Positions 24,105 through 36,900 of a stretch of 64,000 nt of DNA are shown here, one piece after another. The notes beneath the pieces are model-generated. The model was not told the origin of the DNA and searched no databases. It saw nothing but the letters and a program-made list of their open reading frames with translations. The number at the start of each line of letters is the position of its first letter. Within the stretch, counting starts at the first letter, position 1. A program made the translations under genes and the position numbers. The DNA comes from Zygnema circumcarinatum SAG 698-1b (lineage: Eukaryota; Plantae; Zygnematophyceae), in assembly GCA_037447605.1 (NCBI GenBank), contig CM074806.1, forward strand, positions 620,001 to 684,000, given 5' to 3'.

Positions 24105-27100
24105 ATGAAGGGGGCGCAAGGGGGGTCGCGAGGGGCGCAGAGGCGGCCATGGCGGCCATGGCGGCCGCAGCTCGCCTTCACGCTCTGCGGGCTGGCGGTG
24201 GTGGCGTGGCTCGCGGGGGGCATGCTGCGGGACCACTCCGCGCTCTCGCTGCGCAGCCATGGCTCCGCGCTCCTCGCGCGGCGAACCCTAGAAACCCTAA
24301 AACCGCTCAGCGCGCTGCTGGAGACGGAGGAGAAGTCTCTGGAAGGGCGGGCCGGGTCCCTGGAGGCTCCCAAAACCCTGACGCTCTCCTCGGAGGGTTC
24401 AGACGCCCTCCGTCCTGCAGCAGACGCGGCGGCGGTTCTGCTCTGCGGGGGCGGCCTGGAGGAGCGCCTGCACGCCATCTGCACGGCCAAGGCGCTGACA
24501 GACGCGGCGGGAGGCATGCCGCTGCGCATCGTGTGGAGCTCGGATCCATGGCTGCCAGCCACACTCTTCGGGGAGCTTTTTTCTTCCACCAATGGGGACT
24601 TGGACGTGGTAGACGATCCCTCTGGAAGCTTCCGGCTGCCGGCCACGTGGCAGCCGTGGGAGTACGTGGCGGAGGTGATCACGGACGCCTGCAGGGCGCC
24701 ACGTGGCAGTGGGGGGGAGGAGCTGGGGCCTGCCAACTGGGACCGCCAGGTGGCACCTCCTCGGGGGCTCCACGTCAGCCCTAATGTGACCGCATGCGAG
24801 TTGCGGCAGGCCCCGCTCGGACCAATGGCGGTGTGCCAAGTGGCGGAGAGTGTGCGCGCGTGCTACCGCCAGCTGGCAGTGGTTGCTGATGTCACTGACA
24901 TGCTGGCAGGTCTCAATTGGTCAAAGATCGAAGCGAGCGTCGGAGTGCTCGCGCAGAGCAGGCCTCCCTCGGACCCACCTTCCCGGAAGCTTCCTCAGTG
25001 CAGAATTCTGGGCACGAATGCGACACGAAATGTGATGGGCCGAGAAAGTAAAAATTTTAAAGATGGTGGGAAGTGGAGCTTGCAGCTTCCAAGAAGGTGC
25101 GTGGAAGCTTCTCAGTCGCGGGAAAGTATTGCGAACCAGACGCTGATTGCCATGGTGGAGGAGGTGCTGAGGGACCCAAAAGTAGATTTTTTTATGGGGG
25201 GGTCGGCGCTGGAGGTGATTGATTGGATCGAGGGGAAAATTCATCCGGATCGGAAGATTGAGCGGTTGGGATATGCAACACTCGGAATGCGGGTGAGAGC
25301 TTGTTTAAAGAAGCATTTGCGAGAAAAATTGAATCCTCTAAAGTCTAAAAGCAGAAATTAACGGTGAGGCGTAGAAAGCGCACATACCTTCTGCTATCTT
25401 ATGTTCAGAACTTACTCTAACAATGGAAGGAAGAGCGTGCTCTTACTTTGTCTTAGGTTGAACAAACGACAGTGTCCTGTGTTCGCCCTGTGCGCATAGA
25501 AGGTTTTTTAGGTCTGGAACCCGACAACCCTAACAACCCTTCAAATTATTCGCAAAATTTTCCGCGTGGGTGCAGCTTCTGTGCCAAGGCTCAGACTCCG
25601 ACAACGAGGGCCTTCAAAAATGGAGCCTCGAAGATGTTCAAGCAGTGGGCGTTAAAAGAATGCCACTTGTCGCCTGCGCGAGGCGCCAGCTGGCAGAGCT
25701 TCTTGTTCTCTCACGCACTAAGTCCCTGATCCATATGTTTCACAGTGGAGGATCGGAGTTCATCGAAGCTCGGAGGAAGGGAGAGGGGCAGGGAGGGGAG
25801 GGAGGGGAGAGGAGCAGGAGGGAGGGAGATGACATGGTTGCTACAGTGAGTCTCTGCGATAATGCGCCTCTTAAAACGATTCAGAAGCGGCAGTGGACGG
25901 CATACATTGATGTGAACGGTGAGGAGGATAATGCAGTGAGGTTTTCCTCAGTTTAGAGCAGCTACTCTTGAATTCCCGCGTCACATTAACTTCATAATTT
26001 TGGTCAAGAATAGAGGGAAGGGTTGTTGGTTTTTCTTACCCCTCCTCTCTCTCTCTCGTCCGCCCAGCCCATACCTTGATACCTCTTAGCTTTGATTGAA
26101 AATGGGAAGGAGTGTCTGAGTTGTCTCCTATACTCCTCCGCTTCCTCCTTCCCCCCCCCCACCATTCGTTCTTTCCCATTTTCGCTTCCCTTAATCTAGG
26201 TTAGGCCTTGTTCAATTTGACAGATGAAGTTAATTTTTTGAGGTTGTGTGGGGGTGCAGAGAAAGAAAAGTTGTTGTATTGTGCGATGCCTAAGGTCGCC
26301 TGCACGACTTTGCGATCATGGCTTCGCCGACTCAAGGGCCTTCCCGGTAAGCTCGTGAAGGTCCTTATTAAACTCCAAAGGCTCGTTTTTAAGCTGTTTA
26401 ACTCAGTGCCTTGTGCATTTTGGGATTGAAAAACGTCGGTTTCTCTGCACTTTCTCAAGGTTTCAGCTTTACAGCAGGTTTGAGATATTCTAGATTCAGA
26501 AGTTTCGATATTTTTTAGTGTTCAAAAAGGTGTGTTGTAGGCTTCTTAGGACCTTTAAACATAGGCGCATTTGAAGGTTTTGGTTTCTTCAAATTGGTCG
26601 AGAGGACTAGATTTTTTTTTAAAAGTTGAAGGATGTGAGGCTCCTTCGTTCAACTTCTCAAGTTCTCTGTGTCTTAATCCCTTACGGACTTTAGATTACC
26701 TAGACTTTTTGGACATTTTAAGGAGATTGGATAGGCTGTCTTTAGTGTTGGCTTCGGAATGAGACGATGAAGATGGCTTTTAGAGTTCTTCGACTGACTG
26801 AACTGAAGTGTGCTGTTCATGGAACCGCGTCGACGACTTCAAGAACAGACTTGAAAGAACCCGAAGACATTCACATCAAAAGTACGCCATTCTTCTTTCC
26901 TTCAGATGGAATGGATACCACAGTAGATGGGTTGATGCAATTTAGGGCTTTTTCTGTTAAAAGACCTTTCCTCTTCTTGTTTGTGAAAGGTGAAGAAAGT
27001 TGGGACTGCATCATTAACATTTGCTTTTGGAAAAACTTGGGTCCTTGTTTTCAGAAAAGAATGGTTTATCAGTTCTTCAATCCCACTACTCGGAGAGCCA

Positions 27101-27680
27101 AATCATTCAACTCCTGACTGATCCCAGGATGTTCCGATTCACCTTTGTACGGAATCCTTGGAACCGCATCCTCTCCGCCTACTTGGACAAGCACATCTTG
27201 GGAGGTGTCGTGGAAAAAAATCGACACATTTGGAACGAAAGATTCTTCTGGTCCCTTCCCAAAAAACTCATTCCCAGCCGAAAAACCGACGGATTGATGA
27301 GCTTCCATGACTTTGTCGTGAACGTGGGCCGAGTCATCCTCGCCAACCGAGCCTCAATGGACCCCCACATTGCTCCGCAGATCGATCTGTGTGCTCTGAA
27401 TTCAATCAAATATCACTTTGTGGGTCGGTTTGAGCAGTTTTCAGCGGATGCTAAGAACCTCTCCTCCCTGCTTAAGCTCGCAGAGAGGGGTTTGGCTCAG
27501 CCCCACTACGACCAGTCGGCGCACAGGACCCACTCGGAGAGGAAGATCGAGGAGGCCTACGACCGGCGGACGGTGGAGGAGGTCTCCGAGGTCTTTTCTA
27601 TGGACAGAGCGTTTCCGTTAAACGGTGTCAGTTTTGAGCCGCCTCCGCTGCAGTTAAGCAAACAGTCGGCGAGCAGGTGA
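24105..27680 (+). CDS. Type II membrane protein: fucosyltransferase-like (GT-B) domain fused to a Sulfotransfer_2 carbohydrate sulfotransferase domain
   Basis: Predicted exons 24105-25292, 25576-25845 (or 25935), 26205-~26345, ~26849-26881, ~27053-27680, with compatible phases. Signal anchor LAFTLCGLAVVAWLAGG; GT-like GGGLEERLHAIC..A..L....LRIVW and QLAELLVLSRTKSLI; sulfotransferase 5'-PSB KLLYCAMPKVACTT, 3'-PB FTFVRNPWNRILSAY, and DPHIAPQIDLC / YHFVGRFE. Confidence 0.7.
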
Positions 27681-29572
27681 AGGGAGCTGCTGCTGCTGCT
27701 GTTGGGGGTGGGGATTTGATACCAATTCTTTTTCTATTCGTTTTTTTTTTTTTTTTTTTTTTTTTCCCCTTTCCGTGCACTAAAAAGTGCCCAATAAATG
27801 TAGTTATTACTTTTATTTACCGTAAAACCGAACAGGTTGAGAAATTTTTAAATGATTTTACTTAATTTCTCAATTCTCAATCTTATCGAAGAGGCTTGAA
27901 CTTTGGATACTCGATGTCGAAACTTTTTCGATTTAAGAAAACGACAAGGCTTAAGAAAAAAGTTCAACGACTCAACATGTTCGGCCGCACGTGTGGACTC
28001 CACTTTCTGTCACGTTGGTTCCGTACGACTCGAGGGATCTGGTTAACCCAGGGTCCATTTTTGCCGTACGACACTTCCCATGATCAGATCAACAATTTCT
28101 GTACATACGACCGGATCCACGCACTTTGCGCTTTCCAACGTGGCCACTGACGTGGCGCCGTCCGCGAGGCGGCGGACCGTCCGCTGATGAGGCCGCGAAG
28201 TTAAACAGAGAGCGAGTAGCCGTATGGTACGGTCTTAGGGTACAACCTGCCAGGATGTACGGTGGCGCACCGGGGGGAAAATGGACGGTCAGGATTGAAC
28301 GATGCTAGGCGTCAGAAAAAACCAGTTTGTGGGAAACTGGAAACCTGTACGGACGATAACAGCACATCCCTGTATTGACGGCCAGATTGTGTGGCAGAAT
28401 CAGATTTTTTATCTACCAATATGAAAACGCCACGTGGCAAGCTTGTCGTGGATTGTGCTAATAGTGGGACCTGAAACACGATACGATTACGATGAGATCC
28501 GCATTTGGCCAACCAGAGCACGTCACGTGTCGTCTGTGGCAGAAAATAACTATTAGATCGCGACAGATTCTCCCCGTCCATTAATTTCAATTTTGCCCGC
28601 CGTACCGTACCTATTTCAGCCCCCATTTTAAGAAATCGATGTTCTTGTTTTTTTTGCGGCGCCGCAAAAATTCCAGAAATTCCGATTCTCCGAACCTTCC
28701 ACGCGCGCCGCTACGTGGCGCCATCTGAGCGCTTCTTCGCCACGTGTACACCACCCATTGCCAGTCACTCCGATTCTGTCCACGTGGCCGCCACCTCCCT
28801 TCGTCCCTGCCTGCCACGTGGCCCATCGGTCGCCGGTCAACCATCCCACTGGCGCGCGCCGCGTGCCGGCAGGCCGCGGGCCGGCCGTACGGACGGGTGC
28901 CACCTGGAGGGCCCATGGCGCGCGTCCCTTCCCACCGCCGTACAAATTGGGGCTCCATGCTGTTCCGTTAAACAGGCAAAGCTCGGCCAGTCAGGTGCCG
29001 CCACGTGGTTAACCCTTTGGACGGACGCGCGTCTGGCAGCGCCGACAACGGGCCGCGCCTTGGACGGCGCCGCCTTTTGCGGTCCGTGAAACGCGGAGCA
29101 ATAGTTTTGGGGAACGGACGTTTGGAAACTTTTGACGCTTAGACAGCGTGTGGACGAATTCGAGCGCGCCACGCGTCCCAAAACTGCCCGCAGAACCGTC
29201 CGGGCAGGAAATAATTTCTTGGTGAGGCTCCTGCGCGGAACGGCCCGAAAAGTTGACTGGGCGGGGCTGCACGTGCGAGCTGTCACGGGCGGACTGCGGA
29301 CCGCCGCTGGCAGTCAGGGCGGGGGATTGGTGGGAGGGAGTGGCAGACAGAGAGGAGAGGGAGAGGGGGAGAGGGGGAGAGGGAGAGGGAGAGGGAGAGG
29401 GAGAGGGAGAGGGAGAGGGNNNNNNNNNNGGGAGAGGGAGAGGGAGAGGGAGAGGGAGAGGGAGAACGGGGAGAGGGAGAACGGGGAGAGAGGGAGGGAG
29501 AGGGAAGAGGGAGAGGGAGAGGAAGAGGAAGAGAGAGCGGAGGAGGGAGGGAGGGAGGGAGGGAGGGAGGGG

Positions 29573-32500
29573 ATGGCTCTGGGAGAGCGGGTGTTCAAGG
29601 CGGCGCCGCCGCCTCTTCCCCTGAAGCCCTTCCCGGGGAGCTTGCCGAAATTCCTGAGCCGGCGGGCGCTGCTGCTGCCGCTGATGCTCGCTACGTGTCT
29701 GCTGCTGCGCGCGGAGATCCCGCTGCTCTCGGCCAGTCGCGGCCGCGCACGTGGCGTCGCGATGATGATGGAGCCCATCGCCCTGGAGATGATCAGCGGG
29801 GGCCCGCAGCTTCGCGCCGCGTGGGAGGGGGGGGGGAGAGCGCGCGCCCGGGGCGGGGAGAGGGAGGGAGTGCGAATTGGGGAAGGGCGGGAAGTGGGTT
29901 TTTTGGAGGGGGAAGAGGAGGAGGTGACACGTGTCGAGGGGGGAGGAGGGAGTACAGATGGCGCAGCAGTAGTGGAGTATGACAGTGCGGGGGGGGCGTA
30001 TGAGTTGGCGATGGCTGGCGGGGGAAGGGGGGGGGAAGGGGGGAATGGGACGGAAGCTTCTATGGAGGCGCGAGGGTATGTACTGACGCAGGAAGAGAGT
30101 GATGTAGTGAGGGAGACAAGTGATGTTGCAGATGGCGCGAGGGGGAGGGGAGAGGGGAAGGATGTGCTGAAGCAAGTGGTGGGGAGTGGGAGGAGGGTGA
30201 GTGCGGGAGGGGAAGTGGGAGAGGGAGAGAGAGGAGACGGAGGGGGAGAGGGAGAGGAGCGGGAGAGGGAGGAAGGAGGTGGTGGTAGTGAACAGGGAAG
30301 CGGTTCATCTCAATCCGCGTATTCGCGGGAGATTCACGATAGCAGTGATGATGAGGAGGATGAGCGGCAGCAGAGAGAGGATCTCACGGCGACTGCAGCG
30401 CAAATGTTTCGACAGTAAGTGGAAGCTTGAGCTGCCCAACTCTCACTGCGAATATCGAGATTTTATGACCGCTTTAACGCATTCTTAACGTATTCACTTC
30501 CTTTCACCCATTAGGTTTTTTTAATGCACATCATCCTTGGAGTTCACCTCCGCTTGCGCACTCATAGAAGTAGTTCGCTGTCGAACTACTTCTATAGATT
30601 TGTATGTCCTGTATGGTTTCTCTCTAAGGTGGTTTTTAACCTATAACCTTCTGGGGACCCGTAGTTTATGTGTAACTAGTAAATACAGTGGGAGTTCAGC
30701 GAGCACGCTTAACCCTAATCGGTTAATCCTTCCTATCTTAAAAACCTTGGTTAGTGTGAACCTAGCTAAAGTAATCACTGTTTGTTGTGGCTGTCGAAGT
30801 GACATGAAACCTACATGCAACATCATTTTGTTGCTTGTTTTCTCTTCTCCTTTACCCAACTACACACGCTCTCTATCCCTCGTCCTATCTCCCTCCCTCT
30901 CCTTTGTTCTGTCCCGCAGTCTCCTTAGTTTTTTTTGGTATTTGAGTAGGTAATGATGCGACCCCATATCTGTTCTACACGCTTATTTTAAAACTTCCTC
31001 CTTTGTTCTTCCTGAAACAATGATATCACAGGAAATATCATCAATGAAGCTACAGATTTTGTGAAGTCATCTTCAATTCCATCTGCCCCATTTCATTTTC
31101 ATTTTTTTTTTGCCCCCCCTCTTTTCGACTGGTCGAGTCCATAGCTTTTCTTCTGAAGGAAAGAATCGCCCATAAAGTTTGGACACCGCTTCTTTAGAAT
31201 GCACTGTAGTATGATGTGACCTGACGTTCTATGTGTCCCGTTTTCCGTTCAGCAGACCTGCACCAGTTCCTCATGAATCTCCGTCGGCGAGGAACCGGCG
31301 CTGCTTTGGGCGATATATTTACATGTACGACCTTCCCCCCATGTTCAACATGGACTTTCTCGCGAATTGCCGAAAGATTCACAGAACTCACAATATGTGT
31401 AAAGCCTTCAACAATTCGGGAATGGGACGACCTGCTCGAGTGAGGAGAGGGAGAGACGGGACAGACTTAGAGCTCCTTCCGAGAGGTTCATGGTTCGAGA
31501 CGGACCAATTTTCCCTGGAGATAACGTTCCATGCGCGGATGATGGAGTATTCGTGCCTCACAACGGACCCGGAACAGGCAACGGTGTTCTATGTGCCGTA
31601 CTATGCGGGTCTCGCGATCTTCCGAAGTTTGTATGAGAGCGACTTTGAAGAGAGAGATCGCCACAATAGGCTTCTAATGGCTTGGCTGAAGGAGAGACCC
31701 TGGTGGGGGAGGTTCCATGGGAGAGATCATCTTTTTGTTGTGACGAGAGTCATGATCGACTTTGCGAGGACTATTGTTAAGAAGGAATGGGGCAACACTT
31801 TGATGAGGTGCGTTCTGAAACATTATTAGGGAATTCGGTTCTATGGTTATTCACGTGATGGGGTTTCTGAAGGGAGAAGAGGGGGGGGGGGGGGGGGGGA
31901 AGGGAGGGAGTGAGGGGGGTGAGGGAGGGAGATGGGGGGAGAGGGAGAGGGGAAGGGAAAAAGGGGGAGATAGAGGGAGGGAGAGGGTTGGGAGGGAGAG
32001 TGGGGAGGAGGGGGAGGGAGAGGGGTGGGAGGGAGAGTGGGGAGGAGGGGGAGGGAGGGGGGGGGGGAGGGAGAAGATTAGGAGGGCCTATTCATGTTCC
32101 TTGAATCGTTGGCAGTACAAGTTTATAAACTTCAAAACCTCTTTAAAGTCAAACCCAGAGAATAGAGGAACTTATTTCTTTTTCCCCTCCCCACTCCTCT
32201 TTTCTCTTCTCTGTCTCTTTCTACCTTTGCACCACAACAGCATGTCCCACATGAGGAACGCTACAGTTCTCTCCATAGAAGGACACCACCATAGGCAATT
32301 ACTGAACACAGTTTCAGTTCCGTATCCCACATCCTTCCACCCCGAAACGGAGGAAGAAATCAAGACGTGGCAAAACCTTGTCCGAACTTTTCCGCGAAAG
32401 TACCGAATTGCGTTCGGAGGAGTTGGCCACGGAATGGGAGCGAAGATTCGCGGAAGGCTCGCAGACTTGTGCATTCGGGCGAAGCCGTACTGCCGACTTT

Positions 32501-33169
32501 TCCACTGCGGAAAGCGAATGTGTATGAGGCCCCATAATGTGATATGGCATTACATGGGGGCAGATTTCTGCTTCCAACCGCCGGGAGATACTCCGACTCG
32601 CAAAGGAATGTTCGACTGCATGTTGGCGGGAGGAATTCCGGTCATTTTCCACGAACTTACGGCGTTCCGGTGAGGCTTCTTTTAGATAGAAAACATGTCT
32701 GCATCTTTGTTTCTAAGACTTTAGAAGCCTGCTTCCGAAATCTGTTTGAAGTTCTTGAGTCCCCAGAGCCTTAAAAAATCTCGATTAAAAAAAGCTTGCG
32801 ATCCTACCCCAGACCTTGTTCTATGTTTTAACTCGGGCCTTTCCTGGAGGTTAATTTCTCAGGTATTTCTGGCACCTTCCGAAGAATCACAGCACTTATT
32901 CCGTATTTCACAGTCGAGAGGATTTCTGGAAAGATAAGGGAGCGTCGTTGATGCGAAAACTTAGGGATATTTCTCCGGAAGAGGTGCAGAGAATGCGGGA
33001 AACTGTGATTCAGTTAATTCCGCAGCTTCTGTATGCGAGACCGGGGGAGAGGCTGGAGGGGACGAGGGATGCTTTCAGCACGTCGGTGGAGGGGGTTGTG
33101 CAGAAGGTGTCGAAATTGAACATGAAAGATCATCCGAGGTTGAGAATGGCTGACTGGTCGAAATCGTGA
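29573..33169 (+). CDS. GT47 (exostosin) glycosyltransferase, MUR3/KATAMARI1/XLT2-like clade
   Basis: TM anchor then a Gly/Glu-rich stem (exon 1 to 30414); C.GRYIYMYDLP..FN; WFETDQFSLEITFH.RM..Y.CLT.DP..A..FYVPYYAG; GRDH; VPYPTSFHP; FCFQPPGDTPTRKGMFDCMLAGGIPVIF; last exon YFWHLP...MRETVIQLIPQLLY. Confidence 0.9.
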
Positions 33170-33313
33170 GTGTGCAGAGAGAGAGAGAGAGACGTATTGA
33201 GCACGGGACAGTCTTGCTCTGGACGGATGTGGAAGCAGAGGAAGTGGAAGGAGTGGGGTGTACATGGAACCTTTTGGCGGGTTTGAAGCTTTCTAGGTCT
33301 CAGGGTTGGGGTG

Positions 33314-33369
<56 letters not shown>

Positions 33370-33817
33370 GTGCGTGCGATGGTGACAGGGAGGAGCCATT
33401 TTTTAGGGGGCCTGGGAGAGGGGGAGGGGGTTCATTTTTTATGGAGAAAAATAAGGTTATCTGCCGCTAATCGCTGACAGCGCGGGATCGAGGGAAACGC
33501 AAATTGCAAAAAAGCAGTTCGTGTTTGCGGGGGCATAAAGGGGGCTGCTGCATGCGCGCGGTAGGAATTCCGCGGCACTTTTGAGCACCACTAGGTGTAG
33601 AAACGTAGAGAGAGAGAGAGAGGGAGAGAGGGGGGGGGGAGAGAGGAGAGAAAGAGAGAGAGTGAGTGGGAGAGAGAGAAAGGGGGGGAGAGAAAGAGAG
33701 AGAGAGATGTGGCTTGAATTGAGTGACTAAATCGATCCCAGTCTCAGTAGCAGTCAGTCATATAGCCCATCTCGGAGCTGCCGTAATGATGATGTCAGGA
33801 AGGGGTCATGTAAATTT

Positions 33818-36800
33818 CGGAGGGAGGACGAACCCTGGCTGGGCACTAGGTTGTAGCTTTAATTCATATATATATTTTTTTTTTGATGGAACGGCAGCAT
33901 TTGCCTGAGACATCCGTGTACATGCGACCTTTCATATTATTCATATCAGGCGGCCGCTTATGGCAACTTCCAGTTTTTCTCTTTCATCTTCTGTGTTTTT
34001 TTCCGATTCTTCTTTTGTTGGTTTGGAGCCTCTCTCTGCTTCTTCAGCGATAGCTATTGAAATAAAAATAAAAAAGTAAAAAAAGCATCAGAGCGCAAGC
34101 GATTCGCCTCTGCAAAACAATAATTGTAATTTATAAAAAAAAAAAAAAAAAATAGCTAGTCAAATATACAAAGGAAACCTCTGATCTCATGTATATCACC
34201 GCGTACACTCTTCTTTTGTACGGTCATGTACGGACGACTTCGTCCTCTCTGCTACATGGCAAAAAGCCAAGGAGGGCCGGACTCCATTGTCTGTACAAAC
34301 CAATCAGACCTTGCCACGTTAGCAAAATATGTCAACGTGGCAGAGGCTGATTGGCTTACAATTAGGAGGGTACCTTCAATTGTGAGCCACCCCAAAAGAA
34401 GAGGGAAGTGGAAGAGAGAAACCGAAGGGCAAACATTAAGAGTCTCTCCACATCCATGGCGGGGCATCTGGGCCCTCCCGCTCCCTCTCCTCTCCTTCCC
34501 GTCCTCCCCTCCGCCATAGCCGGATGCCCCGAGCTTCTCTCCCTCCTCGACGAGTTCCGCCCGGAACTCGACACTCTGGAATTGCCACGACACCTGAAAA
34601 CGGGACAGCAACTGGAAACGGAGCAGCCACAGCATGTAGAGCCATTCACAGATGCCACGTGGCTGGCCCACTTGGAGCTGCTCTTCGTCCTCCGCTCGCA
34701 CCGCTCTGAGGCCTTTCGGGCCTTTCGGAAGGCGCTGGCGGCGGGCCCCGCGAGCAATGGGGAGGAGGCGGCTGCCTCAGCGAGGTGGATGTTTTGTTTT
34801 CCGACTGGTTTTTCTTTTTGACATTTTTTTTTCTTTGAAGCAAAGGTATCGAAGTTTGCACAAGGGAGAGGTTGGTCTTAAATTGAGTATCATTTCGATT
34901 TTTTTTTGCCTTGTTTTAATTGGTTTCAAGAGCCTATACAAAAGCTCTCTTTCGTGAATTGGGTCCTTCAAAAATCTTGGGGTTTGAGTTCTGGGTTTTG
35001 AGGGGATTTTGGGTTTTTAATCTCTAGTCTTCGGTGGGGTTTCGGTATAATTTATTTAACTACGGGGTACTTGCATTTGAGGATGTTTAGTAGTTTTCAA
35101 GCAGGAAATGAGTGAAGCGATTTCTGAAGAAATAGTGTTACTGTTACTTGTATTTTCCATTTTTCTAGCACTCTATCCCCTTGCCCCAAATTTTATCCCC
35201 TCAGTTTCCTCTTTTCCACAGCATTCTCTCCTTCATACCTCAACTTGCCCTTCCTTCCCTCTCCCTTCCCCCCCTCTCCCTCCCTCACCCCTCCCCCTCT
35301 TCTCCTTCTCTCCCGTTTTTCCCCCCTCCCTCCCTCCCTTCCTCCCTCCCCCCTCCCCTCTTCTCCTTCTCTCCCATTTCNNNNNNNNNNCGGAGGGAGG
35401 ACGAACCCTGGCTGGGCACTAGGTTGTAGCTTTAATTCATATATATATTTTTTTTTTGATGGAACGGCAGCATTTGCCTGAGACATCCGTGTACATGCGA
35501 CCTTTCATATTATTCATATCAGGCGGCCGCTTATGGCAACTTCCAGTTTTTCTCTTTCATCTTCTGTGTTTTTTTCCGATTCTTCTTTTGTTGGTTTGGA
35601 GCCTCTCTCTGCTTCTTCAGCGATAGCTATTGAAATAAAAATAAAAAAGTAAAAAAAGCATCAGAGCGCAAGCGATTCGCCTCTGCAAAACAATAATTGT
35701 AATTTATAAAAAAAAAAAAAAAAAATAGCTAGTCAAATATACAAAGGAAACCTCTGATCTCATGTATATCACCGCGTACACTCTTCTTTTGTACGGTCAT
35801 GTACGGACGACTTCGTCCTCTCTGCTACATGGCAAAAAGCCAAGGAGGGCCGGACTCCATTGTCTGTACAAACCAATCAGACCTTGCCACGTTAGCAAAA
35901 TATGTCAACGTGGCAGAGGCTGATTGGCTTACAATTAGGAGGGTACCTTCAATTGTGAGCCACCCCAAAAGAAGAGGGAAGTGGAAGAGAGAAACCGAAG
36001 GGCAAACATTAAGAGTCTCTCCACATCCATGGCGGGGCATCTGGGCCCTCCCGCTCCCTCTCCTCTCCTTCCCGTCCTCCCCTCCGCCATAGCCGGATGC
36101 CCCGAGCTTCTCTCCCTCCTCGACGAGTTCCGCCCGGAACTCGACACTCTGGAATTGCCACGACACCTGAAAACGGGACAGCAACTGGAAACGGAGCAGC
36201 CACAGCATGTAGAGCCATTCACAGATGCCACGTGGCTGGCCCACTTGGAGCTGCTCTTCGTCCTCCGCTCGCACCGCTCTGAGGCCTTTCGGGCCTTTCG
36301 GAAGGCGCTGGCGGCGGGCCCCGCGAGCAATGGGGAGGAGGCGGCTGCCTCAGCGAGGTGGATGTTTTGTTTTCCGACTGGTTTTTCTTTTTGACATTTT
36401 TTTTTCTTTGAAGCAAAGGTATCGAAGTTTGCACAAGGGAGAGGTTGGTCTTAAATTGAGTATCATTTCGATTTTTTTTTGCCTTGTTTTAATTGGTTTC
36501 AAGAGCCTATACAAAAGCTCTCTTTCGTGAATTGGGTCCTTCAAAAATCTTGGGGTTTGAGTTCTGGGTTTTGAGGGGATTTTGGGTTTTTAATCTCTAG
36601 TCTTCGGTGGGGTTTCGGTATAATTTATTTAACTACGGGGTACTTGCATTTGAGGATGTTTAGTAGTTTTCAAGCAGGAAATGAGTGAAGCGATTTCTGA
36701 AGAAATAGTGTTACTGTTACTTGTATTTTCCATTTTTCTAGCACTCTATCCCCTTGCCCCAAATTTTATCCCCTCAGTTTCCTCTTTTCCACAGCATTCT

Positions 36801-36900
36801 CTCCTTCATACCTCAACTTGCCCTTCCTTCCCTCTCCCTTCCCCCCCTCTCCCTCCCTCACCCCTCCCCCTCTTCTCCTTCTCTCCCGTTTCCCCCCTCC
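33818..36900 (+). repeat. 1573-bp direct duplication (33818-35380 and from 35391) joined by a 10-N gap; probable assembly overlap
   Basis: Copies appear identical, and the ORF track is offset by exactly 1573; copy 2 begins at the first base after the Ns. Confidence 0.85.

Noticed and set aside
29009-30175. 388-aa minus-strand ORF and similar Pro/Ser/Leu- or Gly/Arg/Glu-rich ORFs (e.g. 21667-22602, 36754-37533, 40919-41573)
   Set aside because: Stop-poor GA/CT low-complexity tracts or antisense of real GC-rich exons.
33818-36900. 1573-bp tandem duplication of the AAA promoter and first exon as a real event
   Set aside because: The copies look identical and are joined exactly at a 10-N gap within a CT tract, typical of unmerged overlapping contigs; read depth or long reads are needed.
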